64,000 nucleotides of DNA from Octopus sinensis. Taxonomy: Eukaryota. The DNA lies in contig NC_043001.1 in assembly GCF_006345805.1 (NCBI RefSeq), positions 87,916,001 to 87,980,000 of the forward strand. Direction: 5' to 3'. Every line of letters starts with the position of its first letter. Position 1 is the first letter of the stretch. Position numbers and translations under genes: made by a program. Under the pieces are notes generated by a model. The model was not told the origin of the DNA and did no database searches. It saw only the letters and a program-made list of their open reading frames with translations. This document shows, one piece after another, positions 12,603-25,487 of the stretch.

Positions 12603-12986
12603 AAGAAATTGCAGAACCTTCATTTGTTGTCTATAGCAGGAAAGCCTATGAATAGTATGTTTAACCGTCTTGGATTCTGGTTATGTGTTATGCAATGGCT
12701 ATTTCGGTTGTTGCTGGACATGTTTATTCACAGTCTGGGTTTATGTATGCTGGTTGTCCTTTTTTATGCTGTTGTAGTTTAGGCAAGTTTGTTGTTGGAG
12801 CTATAAACTTTATCAGGAAGAAACCACATCATCCAGGCATGGTTCTGTGGTTAAGAAATTTGCTGTCCAACCACATAGTTTCAGGTTCAGTCCCACAGTA
12901 TGGTACCTTGAGCAAATATCTTTTGTGATAGCTTTGATCTGGCCAAAACTTTGTAAAGATGTGGAAGATGGTAACTGAAAGAAGCC

Positions 12987-13020
<34 letters not shown>

Positions 13021-13024
<4 letters not shown>

Positions 13025-13957
13025 TATTTTTTATATAAGCTTAAAGCTTATGGCGATCACCATGCAATGACTAAGGAAAATAGTCTAATAATGGGGCATA
13101 TAAACTCTTGACAGAGAAAATGCTTTTCTATCCGTGTGGGACTCGAACCCACATCCCTTTGTTAATGCAACTGTGTTGCCTTTACACCAGCGAATTAGCC
13201 TTCCTCTTTCTGTCAAATTTAAGAACTATATTAGTTTGTATTTGTTTTATGTAAACAAACTTTCTATATAAGCTTTCAGTGTGAATGGTTTTGTTATACG
13301 GCGATGTATTTTACAATCCTGTAAATAATAATAATGGTATTTTTTTTAATGTAGGCTTAAAGCTTATGGTGACCACCATGCAATGACTCTTTTACTCTTT
13401 TACTTGTTTCAATCATTTGACTGTGGCCATGCTGGAGCACCACCTTTAGTCGAGCAAATCGACCCCAGGACTTATTCTTTGTGAGCCTAGTACTTATTCT
13501 ATCGGTCTCTTTTGCTGAACTGCTAAGTTACAGGGACATAAACACACCAGCATCTGTTGTCAAGTGGTGTTGGGGGACAAACACAGACACACAAACACAC
13601 ACACACACACATATATATATATACATATGACAGGCTTCTTTCAGTTTCCGTCTACCAAATCCACTCACAAGGCTTTGGTCGGCCCAAGGCTATAGTAGAA
13701 GACACTTGCCCAAGGTCCCATGCAATGGGACTGAACCCGGAACCATGAGGTTGGTAAGCAAGCTACTTACCACACAGCCACCTATGCCTAAGGACTATTA
13801 GACTAAGGAAAATAGTCTAATAACGGGGCATATATTAGACTATTTTCCTTAGTCATTGCACAGTGATCACCATAAGCTTTAAGCTTATATAAAATATACC
13901 ATTATTATTATTTACAGGATTGTAAAATATGGCGCTGTATAACAAAACCATTCGCAC
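13021..13957 (-). repeat. tRNA-headed small element with direct repeat plus terminal inverted duplication, interrupted by a SINE at 13388-13788
   Basis: Block A (13021-13100) recurs at 13334-13388 plus 13801-13830. Blocks A and B (13280-13333) recur inverted at 13833-13957. A tRNA T-arm gtgggttcgagtcccac lies on the minus strand at about 13136-13152. Confidence 0.7.
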
Positions 13958-14362
13958 CGAAATATATATATATAAAATATAGAGAAAATTGAAAACGCAA
14001 AGTTAAGGCAGTCAAACAGATTCCCGAATGCATAAATGAAATCATTCAATTGAAGTAGATGATGTATATATATTTAAGCAAGCATGTGGCCATTTGCATA
14101 CGAGGTGTAAATCTTTTTATTAGGAATTTTTTTGACTCTGCTAGATGATTAGTACGATGTAATTTTCCAAAGAGGACATCATCCTGATGAAGAGAACATT
14201 GTATATATGTATTATTTAATTTTTAACCATGACCTGTAATGTACCCCTGAAACATCCTCCAATTTTGGACCCTTTTTATTTCTGTATTTTTAACCTTGAA
14301 ATTTAGCCCTCACTTGTTTTAGAATTTTATCTTTTATTTTGTAATTTTCATTTTATAATCTA

Positions 14363-14758
14363 CTAGCAGTATCGCCCGGCGTTGCTCGGGTTTGTAAGGG
14401 AAATAACTATATAAGCATTTTTAGAGAGTTATAGCCAAAAAATAGCAAAATGCATTAAAAATGGAAAAAAAATTATGGTAAATTTTTTTTTAAATCGTTG
14501 ACTCATCGTAGACATTTTTAGAGAGTTACTTCCCTTATATAATAGCGAAAAAATGCATTAAAATGGAAAAAAAATGATGGTAAATTTTTTTTTTAATCGT
14601 AGACTCATCGTAGACGCGCGCTAATACTCAGAAGGGCTCGATATGAATCCCAACTATAAGATACCCACTTTTGGTTACACTGCACTGCAAAATGTGGGAG
14701 TTGTTAGGAATCTAAATCGTAGGAGACAGACACACAACTTCACTTTTATATATAAAGA
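14363..14758 (-). mobile_element. Non-autonomous Helitron
   Basis: Minus strand starts TC and ends with hairpin cccgagcaacgccggg followed about 10 nt later by CTAG. Inserted in an A|T site with no TSD. Confidence 0.8.
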
Positions 14759-15189
14759 TATGTATAAGTGATTTTTAGATGATTTAGGCAGTTTGCTATT
14801 TAAAATTGATGTTTTTATTCCTCAACCTCTCATTCGACTTGCACCTCCCATATTTATCATGCTTAACTCCTTACATGTAATTTTTATTTATATGTAATTT
14901 TATATGTATTTTATATATTTTTATATATCTTCTATATCTTTCTGTATGTTAAGTTTTATATTCTTTATTCCCTTGGAGAATCTTTGTGCCTGTATATGCA
15001 TAATTTATGCTAATGTGTATAAATGTATATGCTTTAACTACTTTGATTGAATGATTTCATTTATGTGTTCAGAAATCTGTTAAACTGCCTTAACTTTGCA
15101 TTTTCAATTTTCTCTACACCATATTTTTCTGCCTTGGCTCTCAATGAGCACTCTGTAAACAGCCCATATATTTTAAAATATATTTAATA

Positions 15190-15780
15190 TATGGCGAGAA
15201 TGGAAGAGGATAGCTGTGTGAAAAAGTGCCACACCCTAGCGGTTGAGGGAACTTGTGGAAGAGGTAGACCCAGGAAGACCTGGGATGAGATGGTGAAGCA
15301 TGATCTTCGAATGTTAGGCCTCACTGAAGCAATGACTAGTGACCGAAACCTTTGGAAATATGTTGTGCTTGAGAAGACCCGGCAAGCCAAGTGAGACCAT
15401 AACCTTTGGCCTATGCCAGGGATGTAACCAGCCCACTTATGCATACCTTTCTTTCATTGGACACTAGACTCTGCTTGCAAAGACCTGTTGAGGCAAGTGA
15501 AATCGAAATCAAATTTGATGACTGGCATCTGTGCTAGTGGAGCACTAAGAGCACCTTCCGAGCGTGGTCGTTGCCAGTACTGCCTGACTAGCCTCATGCC
15601 AGTGGCATGTAAAAGCACCCGCCACACTCTCGGAGTGGTTGGGGTTAGGAAGGGCATCCAGCTGTAGAAACTCTGTCAGATCAGATTGGAGTCTGGTGTA
15701 GCCATCTGGTTCGCCAGTCCTCAGTCAAATCGTCCAACCCATGCTAGCATTGAAAGTGGACGTTAAGTCTTGATGATGAT
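15190..15780 (+). mobile_element. 5'-truncated RTE LINE (ORF C-terminus plus 3' UTR)
   Basis: MARMEEDSCVKKCHTLAVEGTCGRGRPRKTWDEMVKHDLRMLGLTEAMTSDRNLWKYVVLEKTRQAK* is a typical RTE C-terminus (RGRPRK.W...D..DR..W). It is followed by the (GAT)n-tailed UTR. Confidence 0.85.
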
Positions 15781-16659
15781 ATATATCTATATATGTATGT
15801 GTGTGTGTTTGTCTGACACCATGTGATAGTTGTAAATGAGTGTTGCTGTCATATAAGTGACATCCCTTATTTCCAAACTTCTGTAAAACTGTTGGGACAA
15901 GGGAAAATATTACCTTACCTGGAAACAGAGAAGTCCTGGAAACACGAAGAACATCTGACTGTAGAATAACTGCATCAACAAATTCCATTTGACCCAAGCA
16001 AACATAGAAAAGTGGAGTTTGAAAAGTGATGATTACAACTTTGATGGTACTTTGTTATAATTCGAAGTCTGTTTAAATGAACATTGATTAATTTATTTGG
16101 TTTGTCTGTTTTTAAATTAGTTTTGTAGAAAGGAATTTCTATTTCTCTGATATTCACTTCTTTTTTTTTTTGTTCATAGTCATCATATCCATATTTTTTA
16201 TATTTTGTATCATATCTATTTGTATCTCTGCTAGATCAGATTGGCAGCCATCTGGTTTGCCAGTCCTCAGTCAAATCATCCAACACATGCTAGCATGGAA
16301 AGCAGACATTAAATGATGATATCAGTATTTTTTCATATTTCGTGTTTAGCTGTTAAGTTTTCACTATTCAACTGCCATTTTAGATGTGATAATCCTGTCT
16401 TTTTTTTTCTGGCATAGTGAGATTTGAGTGAGATTTGGCTGTTGTTTGTTGCAGGTTGAGCAATCATGTGGAGCTTCCTTGTCAGTTCATTCAAATGTAT
16501 GTTTGTATATTTCATTACAAGGGCCTTTGAGTCAAAGGGTAGGATGTACATAAGTTAATAGTGAATCTCAGAAAACATGAAATTTAAGTTTCATTTCATT
16601 GTCTGTAGCAAAGTTAATTTATTTTCATCTTAAGATATTGTCCTAACAGTGTCACCTTA

Positions 16660-16975
16660 AAGGTATTGTTTTGTTCCTTCTCGAGTCATGCCTGGCCCAT
16701 AAGGGCCTTTTTTCCGGTTTCCTTGGCGTATATGTTCCCCACCAGGACAGGATGCCAGTCCGTCGCAGGTGAGCTGCTAGATGCAGGAGGAAAGAGTGAT
16801 AGAAAGTTGTGGCGAAAGAGTCAGCAGAAGTTCGCCATTGCCTTCTGTCGGAGCCGCGTGGAGCTTAGATGTTTCACTCATAAACACACATCACCCAGTC
16901 TGAGATTCAAACCCGCGATCCCTTAACTGTGAGTCCACTGCTCTAACCACTAGGCCATGTGCCTCCACAAGGTAT
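16660..16975 (-). mobile_element. tRNA-derived SINE with V-domain-like core
   Basis: Minus strand has head ggcacatggcctagtggttagagcagtgg...gggtttgaatc and core cctgcgacggactggcatcctgtcctgg, resembling the recalled V-SINE domain. Confidence 0.6.
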
Positions 16976-16984
16976 TGTTTGATG

Positions 16985-17750
16985 TGTGTCAGTGAGATAG
17001 AAATATTGGTATCATCATATATGTGAATGAGTAACGTATGCTGATTGAAGAATATTGTGAATTAGTGGTGAGGTGTATTTGTATAGTAAAGGAGACTAAT
17101 ACCAAGGAGACTAGGGAAGAACTAATCAGAATGACTGAAGGTTGGTTGTCAGAATAGAAAGGAAGTGAGCTGGCAGAAATGTTAGCACGGGCAAAATGCG
17201 TAGCAGTATTTCGTCTGCCGTTACATTGTGAGTTCAAATTCCACCGAGGTCGACTTTGCCTTTCATCCTTTCGGGGTCGATTAAATAAGTACCAGTTATG
17301 CACTGGGGTTGATGTAATCAACTTAATCTGTGTGACTGTCCTTGTTTGTCCCCTCTGTGTTTAGCCCCTTGTGGGTAGTAAAGAAATAGGTATTTCGTCT
17401 GTCTTTACGTTCTGAGTTCAAATTCCGCCGAGGTCGACTTTGCCTTTCATCCTTTCGGGGTTGATAAATTAAGTACCAGTTACGCACTGGGTTTGATGTA
17501 ATCGACTTAATCCCTTTGTCTGTCCTTGTTTGTCCCCTCTATATTTAGTCCCTTGTGGGCAATAAAGAAATAAGAATAGATCAGGTAGTATATGCAACAG
17601 TTTGGGCATCCCAAGTAAATCTTTGGTTGGAGTGGGTAGTTGGAGGTATGCAAAGGTTGGTCAACTGTTCCTACTGTAATAAGCCTTGCAAATGGGATGG
17701 GATGATAAAAGGCTGAGATGCACACATACCCTGTATTATCTTATTTACCA
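16985..17750 (-). mobile_element. Decayed Jockey/CR1-group LINE RT fragment, interrupted by the SINE dimer. A similar remnant lies at about 41500-42130(-)
   Basis: Degenerate translations ...LLIHIYDDTNIS (YADD region) here, and ...LASTKLLTISSSVWSTGL (LDISKAFD.VWH.GL-like) at about 41850. Confidence 0.4.
17163..17572 (+). mobile_element. Second dimeric Meta-like SINE
   Basis: Same monomer junction (aagaaata|ggtatttcgtctg) as the 12206 copy. Possible 8-bp TSD agaataga (17151-17158 and 17573-17580). Confidence 0.8.
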
Positions 17751-17754
17751 GTTG

Positions 17755-17800
<46 letters not shown>

Positions 17801-19019
17801 CACACAATGTAGTTTCTGAGGCAGTAATATGGTTTTGTAGAACTATTCTGTCCATAATTCATCATCATCAACATCGTTTAACATCCGTTTTCCATGCTTG
17901 CACAGGTTGGACGGTTCAACCGGGGTCTGGGAAGCCAGGAGGCTGCACCAAGCTCCAGTGTGATCTGGCAGTGTTTCTACAGCTGGATGCTCTTCCTAAC
18001 TCCAACCACTCCGTGAGTGTAATGGGTGCTTTTTACGTGCCACCAGCACAGGTGTCAGGGGTGACTGGCAAATGGCTACGATCGGTTGGTGCTTTTTATG
18101 TGCCACCGGCACAGAAGCCAGTCAAGGCAGTGCTGGCATCAGCCACGTTTGGGTGGTGCTTTTTCGGATATATAGAAAAATGCTCATGAAGATTACAGTG
18201 ATACTGATGAGGATTAAAATGAATGCAATAACTTAATACTCTCAATGCTGACCCACTGTCAAGTTGAGTTGTATCTCCTGTCTCATTCATACTACAACAG
18301 TGTCTTCTTGATGTCTACTGTTCTCTCATTACGAAGCTCACGTCTCTTTTCCTCTCATCACCTACTTTAGTCACTTATTCAAGCCCTTTGCTTTTTATGA
18401 AGTATAAGCCATTGTCAACTTTTCTCTACTGTTCCCAATTCTGGGTTGTCTTTTCTGTTTTTCAGCTCTATCTCAGTATCTTACTATCTGCTATTTTTAA
18501 TGGTATTCCCTCTTCCACTTCCCTTGTGGAAATACGTTTCCTTGAAGAAATGCCTTTACCTCCCAGGTCTTGTTGGTTTTGAATTGCCAATGATGCTTCT
18601 GTAACTTTGCTGTTTTATTGGTAGGGATGTTGGATGTACACAACCCATATTTACTTCTAGGAAGAAGTGCTCTGTATTAGTCTGGCCCTTGTCCTTTAAC
18701 TTACCCAAAATGAGAGGCCCTACTGTGAGCTTGTGCTCTACAGGCATTAGTTTTGATGTGATGGCTTTTGTGCCTCAGTTGCACCGGAGCCATCACGTCA
18801 CAACTAGGACTGAATGTTGTGGTGGTCTCATCATCTACACGCTGTACTAAACCTTTTCCTACTCCTTCTACAGGATCATTTCCTCCTCAAACTTTATTCC
18901 CTTTAATCACTCAGGTCAAAATAAGTCTGAACTGCATAAAAACACCCAGTTGTTCCTTGAACTATAGTTAGGCTACCTTTCAGTTTTTCGCCACATATTG
19001 GTAATAGAGATAGTTTTAT

Positions 19020-19320
19020 GAGTGAATCAACAGACTGACTGAGATGGTTAGATGGAAAGAAAGAGAGACAGATGGCTGTACAAGTAGACAAAGACAAATG
19101 GCTGTATGGGAGAGAGAGAGAGAGAGAGAAGTAGACATATATGTATGGATAGAGAGAGAGAGAGAGATAGACAGGTGTATGTATGGGTAGAGAGAGAGAT
19201 AGACAAGTGTATATGGGTAGAGAGAGAGATAGACAGATGTATGAATCAGTAGTGAAAGAGAGAGAGAAGTAGACAGATGTATGTATTTGGAGAGAGAGAA
19301 GTAGACAGATGTATGTATGG

Positions 19321-19373
<53 letters not shown>

Positions 19374-20950
19374 GAGAGAAGTAGACAGATGTATGTATGG
19401 GTAGAGAGAGATAGAGAGTGAAAGAGAGAAGTAGACAGATGTATGTATGGGTAGTGAGAGAGAGAAGTAGACAGATGTGTGTATGGAAGGAGAAAGAGAG
19501 AGTAGTCAAATGTATGTATGGGGAGAGAAAGAGAGAGAGTGAGTGTGTGTGACAGATTTATGTATGGGTAGAAAAAAGAGAGAGATGTATGTGTAGGGAA
19601 GGAGTGAGTGAGGGATGTATGTGTGATGAGAGAGAGATGTATGTATGCATGACTTGGAAGGAGATTTATATATGGTAGAAAGAAAGAGATATGTATGCAT
19701 GTTAGATAGACAGACAGAAAGAAGAATGGGTAGAGAAACAGAGAGTGGGGTATCTGTGAGTCGAGACACATAGACAGATATATATGTATAGGTAGAGACT
19801 TACAGGCATTACATGGGCACACAGAACAGACATACTAATGTTTTATGGATAAAGAGACAGGCTGTTATTTGTATGGGTAGAGAGACAATGGTAGAGAGAG
19901 AATCAGACAGAAGGATGTATGGGTGTGAGGAACAAACAGATGTAGACCAACAAACAGATGTAGAAACAGATGTTTGTATGGTGAGAGAGAGAGAGTCATA
20001 CAAATGATAGTATATCTAAAGAGACAGGCAGATAGATGGCTATATGTGTAGAGAGAAAGGCAGGCAGGATTCTGTATAGTTGGGGAGACAGACAGATGGC
20101 TGTATATGTAGAGAGATAAACAGAGGTGGCTGTATAAATGAGACATACAGACAGACAAATATGAGTAACAAGTGAGACAGTTAGAAAGAAAGGGCTCGAT
20201 GAGCAGACACAAGAGACCTGAATGAATTCACAAAGATATTTGGGTAGGTAAATTAATAGACACACTGACATCTGGATGGATTGACTGATACACAGGTGTC
20301 TAGCTGGACTGGTAGACATGCTGACATCTGGCTGGATGAGTCAAGAGACTTGTTGACATTTGGATAGTTGGATTGATTGACACATGGATGTCTGGATTGT
20401 TGGATCAGCACTGTACTGACATTTGGATGGATGGATTGATGGTTGGGTTGATAGACACAGTAATGTCTGGACAATTGGATTAATGGACACATTGACATCT
20501 GGATGGGTTTATTGACTGACATAGATATTGATATGGATAGACATACTAAGTCAGAATGAATAGATTGTCATCCATTTAGATATATCGATAGATATACCGA
20601 TGTCTAGATGGTTAGATTAATAAGCTGACAGATATCAGGATGCATTGAGTTGTAGACACAGGTGTCTTGTTTGAGACATTCATAAACTAACAGATGTCTA
20701 GATGGATAAGTAAAAGAAGAGACATGCAGATTGATATAGCTATGAATGGATGTGTGGATATGTAGGTAGATGGATAGACAGACAGTCTGACATGTGGAAA
20801 AGGAATAAAAATCTGACTAGATCAATAGACATATTTGGAGATGGATCAATACAGAGAGATATATAAATAGATGTATATAAATAGCTTGTGTTTACAGCCA
20901 TACATGCTAACACAGTACCTGATCCAGTCTATATATAACCAATCAATCCA
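19020..20950. repeat. Purine-rich diverged satellite / low-complexity region ((GA)n, agtagacagatgtatgtatgggt, gacatctggatggattgattg)
   Basis: Visible imperfect tandem units of about 30-40 bp and (GA)n tracts. Confidence 0.8.
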
Positions 20951-22425
20951 TATTGCTAGCTACTATTTATACAAGCAAACCAAACTACTTGTCTATTTTT
21001 GGCATTTTGTAATTTCTTAATTGTTATTGTTTGTGTTGATGTTAAAAGATGTATTATTACTGCTGCCGTTGTTGTAGTTATTATGTTGTTTTTGTTGTTG
21101 TATTGTTGTTACAGCTATTGTATTGATTTTTTTTTTTACTGTTGTAGGTATTGTATGTAGTAATACCACTTTTTTGTTCATGTTGTTGTTATAGCTGTTG
21201 TATTATTATTGTGACTGATGCTGATATTGTATTGTTGAGGTGGTGGTTATTAAGCAGACGCAGGTATAGCTGTGTAGTTAAGACATGTGCATCCCAACCA
21301 CATGGTTTCAGGTTCAGTTCTTGTGTGTGACACCTTGGTCAAGTGTCTCCTATAACTCTGAGCTGACCAAAGCCATGTGAAGGGAATTAGTAGATAGAAA
21401 ATGAAAGCTGCCTGTCATATGTTTATATATTATATTTGTGTGTGTGTGTTCTTGTCTTGACATCATGTGATTGTCATAAATGAATGCCATTCAATTCCAG
21501 TATTCTCTGAATAAATGTCTGGCTATGGAGTAATATTACATTGCTTGGAAACAAGTAAGGGTTGGTGGCAGTAAGGGCATCAGGCTATAGAAAATCTGCC
21601 TCGGTAAACTCTATCAAGCATAGAAAAGTGGACGTTAAAATGATGATGATAACGCTGATGATATGGTCATTAACCCATTAGGATTTAAGCTGAATAGATC
21701 CAGTAATTTTTAACTGATTGGATCCAACCTCTCACACCTATCCTTCAACCTAATTCTAAAAATAAACAATCATCGCATCAAAATCTTGTAGCTAAGAGAT
21801 AATGCATGATTAATTCAAAACAATGTGAATAAATGTTACATTTAATAAAGTAATCTGAATGCTAAAAGGTTAGTATTGTTCTTTATCCACGAATTGTTAT
21901 TAGTTAGCTGTGCTCTTAAGCTTCTTTCCTCCCAAGTGCTTATCTTATACTATCAGGCATTGCCTCAGTGTTTGTATTCAGACACTGGAAGGTGCAGAAA
22001 GATTAGAATGTAAGAAGAGGTCTTTGCCAGTAGTATTGCGTGAATATGAAACAAGGATCTTAAGAGTGGCCAATATCAAGTAACTGAGAGTGTATAATAT
22101 GACATGCTACATGTGAGCTCAGCAGAGCAGCTGGATGGCCTATAAAAAGAATGGTGAAATCTCAAGAGAGGTGGAAGCAGACCAGAATCTGGTGGCGATT
22201 GTCAGATGGTAAAAACTGCAATATTTTGACCATGTTATTTAGGTCCAAAGCCTGTGTTCACATCTTTAAGGGCTGGGTGGATGCAGAATTGACTTGCTTT
22301 TCTTGGTGGACTGCATGAAGGGGACTCGTGTTACAGCATGAGACTGCAGTGTATAGCAAAGAATGGTGGAGCTGTCTGAAGCATGTGGCATTTTACTAAA
22401 AGGATTGGAATATTCATTCAATCAA

Positions 22426-22466
<41 letters not shown>

Positions 22467-24055
22467 TGTGTGTGTGTGGGGGGGTATATATGTGTATATG
22501 TACACACATGCACATACATATATTCTATTAGATGGTATCAACTTCAACATTCATCAGAATCGGTTTACTGCTCTGCCAAGGGTACCCTATCTGAATTTCT
22601 GTGTATTCTCACGCACAGCAAACTTTTAGAAGTCTCAGTCACCTATTGTTGCTGCCATGAGGCTCAACAACCAAAGGTCATATTTCACCACCTTACCCAT
22701 GTCTTCCTGGGTCCACTCCTTCCACAGGTTCCCTCCTCAATCAGAGATTGGCACTTCTTTACACAGCTATCCCTATCTATGTATGTGTGCATGTGTATAT
22801 ATTTGTGTAAACATGTATATGTATACATGTTTGTATATGAATATGTATATCAATGGTGGGTGTATGTGTGTATATAAATGTAGATATAGATATCACCAAG
22901 ATCATCAATGACATGGGTAGGACAGTTTGACAGGATCCAGTGGGTCTGAGGATTACATCATGCTACACTACCTGCTTTAGCATGCATGGTTTCTATGGCT
23001 GAATGCCTTTGCTAGTGCCGACTACCTTACAGAGTATACTGGATGCTTTTTTCCATGGCACCAGCACTTGTGAGGTTGCCATGCAGCTTGCAAAGTGGGG
23101 CTACAGTATAGAATGGGGCAACTTTATGTTAGGAGATGAGGTGTTAGAATATGAGAGGACAGAACAGGTTTCTTGCTGTAGAGGGACTTGATGGCTTTTC
23201 TTATTGTGGAAGAGTTTGTGGAAGTGGCTAGATTGACAGTGAGCAGGAGTGAGGACAGGTGAACAGGGCCTGTGGGTGGATGGAAGTTGCAAGAATTATG
23301 AGTGAGTGAGAGATGGGGAGAATGCTTGAGGTGGGGAGATATAATGAACAAATTTGTGTGTGTTTCTATGTGTGTGTGTGTGTGTGGCTATGAATGCCTT
23401 TCCTCCCTTGGACACAAAGACCTGTTGAGGCAAGCGAAGTCGATATAGAACCTCATCCGACGACAGGCACCCATGCCAACCCCCTTTGCTTGCGAAGACA
23501 TGTTGGGGCAAGCGAAAGTGAAATCGAAATCGAATTGAAGCAGCCAGGATCCCTGGTCTGGTGGTACGTAAAAAGCACATTCCGACTCGTGGCCGATGCC
23601 AGCGCCGCCTCCACTGGCTTCCGTGCCGGTGGCACGTAAAATACACCAATCCGACCGTACGACAGGCACCCATGCCAACCCCCTTTGCTTGCGAAGACAT
23701 GTTGGGGCAAGTGAAATCGAAATCGAATTGAACCGGCCAGGATCTCTGGTCTGGTGGTACGTAAAAAGCACTATCCGACTCGTGGCCGATGCCAGCACCG
23801 CCTCGACTGGCTTCCTAGCCAGTGGCACATAAAATACACCAATCCAACCGTGGCCGTTGCCAGCCTCACCTGGCACCTGTGCAGGTGGCACGTAAAAAGC
23901 ACCCACTACACTCACGGAGTGGTTGGCGTTAGGAAGGGCATCCAGCTGTAGAAACATTGCCAGATAAGACTGGAGCCTGGTGCAGCCTTCTGGCCTCCCA
24001 GATCCCCGGTCGAACCGTCCAACCCATGCTAGCATGGAGAACGGACGTTAAATGA

Positions 24056-24119
<64 letters not shown>

Positions 24120-24802
24120 TACATACACACACACTTGAAAACGGATGCCTTGTGTTCAGTTAAATCATATGTAATATATATATATATATATATATCTGTA
24201 CAGGGTATATATGTATATATATATATATATATATACTCACATACGCATGCACGCACCTATGTATATGTATGTGTATACATGTATTTTTTTTTAATGTGTG
24301 TGTGTACACACAAACACATCATGTACACACATATATACTTGGCAATCTCACAAGTGCTGGTGCCATGTAAAACACTCCCAGTACAATTTGCAAAGTGGTT
24401 AGGGTTAGGAAGGTTATCCAACCAAGCCAAAGCGACCATGCTAAAACAAACATTGGAACTTGGTTCAGTCCTCTGCCACATTAGTTCCAGCATGAAAAAC
24501 AAAATTTAAATGATGATGATTATATATTATCTCTTCTGTTCTATTTATTGAAAGACAAGGGTAATTTGAAAGAGTTTTGACTGCTACTTTAGCATTTCAG
24601 TTGACCACATAGGTGTTCTTATAGTAGCTCATATACATGAGGCTGGGATGTGATGTTAAAATATTATTGTAATGGTTGTGTTTTTTGTTGTTAGCGTTGG
24701 TTTTAAGAAAAGGTAAACATTGAGAACAGCACATTTTTTTTGTTGCTTTGTAATTTGTTTTGCGTGGTTCTAATTGTCTTGATGATGATGATGATATTGT
24801 AG

Positions 24803-24878
24803 GCAGCAAGAAATGGTGCGGCAGATGTATAAAGACACCGACTGTACAGAAGAACTGAAGAATATAGAGCAGGAACAT
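24803..24878 (+). CDS. STUB1: STUB1/CHIP internal coding exon (equivalent to human exon 4; variable coiled-coil linker)
   Basis: ttgtag acceptor, gtaagt donor at 24879. 76 nt, phase 2 in and phase 0 out, which exactly bridges the flanking exons. Translates (R)QQEMVRQMYKDTDCTEELKNIEQEH, ending in H like human ...IEAKH. Sequence similarity is weak, so the call rests on phase, position and splice signals. Confidence 0.85.
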
Positions 24879-25072
24879 GTAAGTAGTTGCCTTGCACATC
24901 CTTGTTATAATGTAACAATTGCATCGTCATTTAATGTTCACTTTTCATGTTTCCTCAACGATTTCTATCTGACCCATGCAAACAAGGAAGATTGAACATT
25001 AGAAATGATGATGATGGTATATACATGTAAGTGTGTCTGTATGTGTATATGTGTTTGTATGTGGGTGTGTAT

Positions 25073-25114
<42 letters not shown>

Positions 25115-25115
<1 letters not shown>

Positions 25116-25487
25116 TAGCAGTATCGCTCGGGTTTGTAAGGGAAATAACTATAAAGCATTTTTAGATAGTTATAGCCAAAATATAGCAAAAAAATGGGAA
25201 AAAAATTATGGTAAATTTTTTTGAGAGTTAAAAAGGTGGAGTTGCGTCCCCTAGACAGTCTGTGGTTTGTGTTTCTGATTCTCGACCCCATGTCGAATTT
25301 ATCGATTTTTTTCAGAACTGGGGGAACTTTTCAAAATTTTCGCTGCGTTAGTTTTGAATTATGACATTGGGCTATGTGTGTGTCAAGTTTCATCAGAATC
25401 GGTTGAAAGCCGTGGTCAGAGTGAGGGTACAACCAAACAGACACACAGAAACACACACAGACAAACTGCCGTTTATATAAAGAGAGA
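25115..25487 (-). mobile_element. Non-autonomous Helitron (same family ends as 14363), inserted at the outer edge of the palindrome
   Basis: ctagcagtatcg...gggtttgtaagggaaataactat left end, ttatataaagagaga|t right end, A|T target. The subterminal hairpin is partly deleted. Confidence 0.78.

Noticed and set aside
13131-13200. tRNA gene candidates here and in SINE heads
   Set aside because: Only the A/B boxes or T-arm are retained. No complete cloverleaf with paired acceptor and anticodon stems could be drawn.
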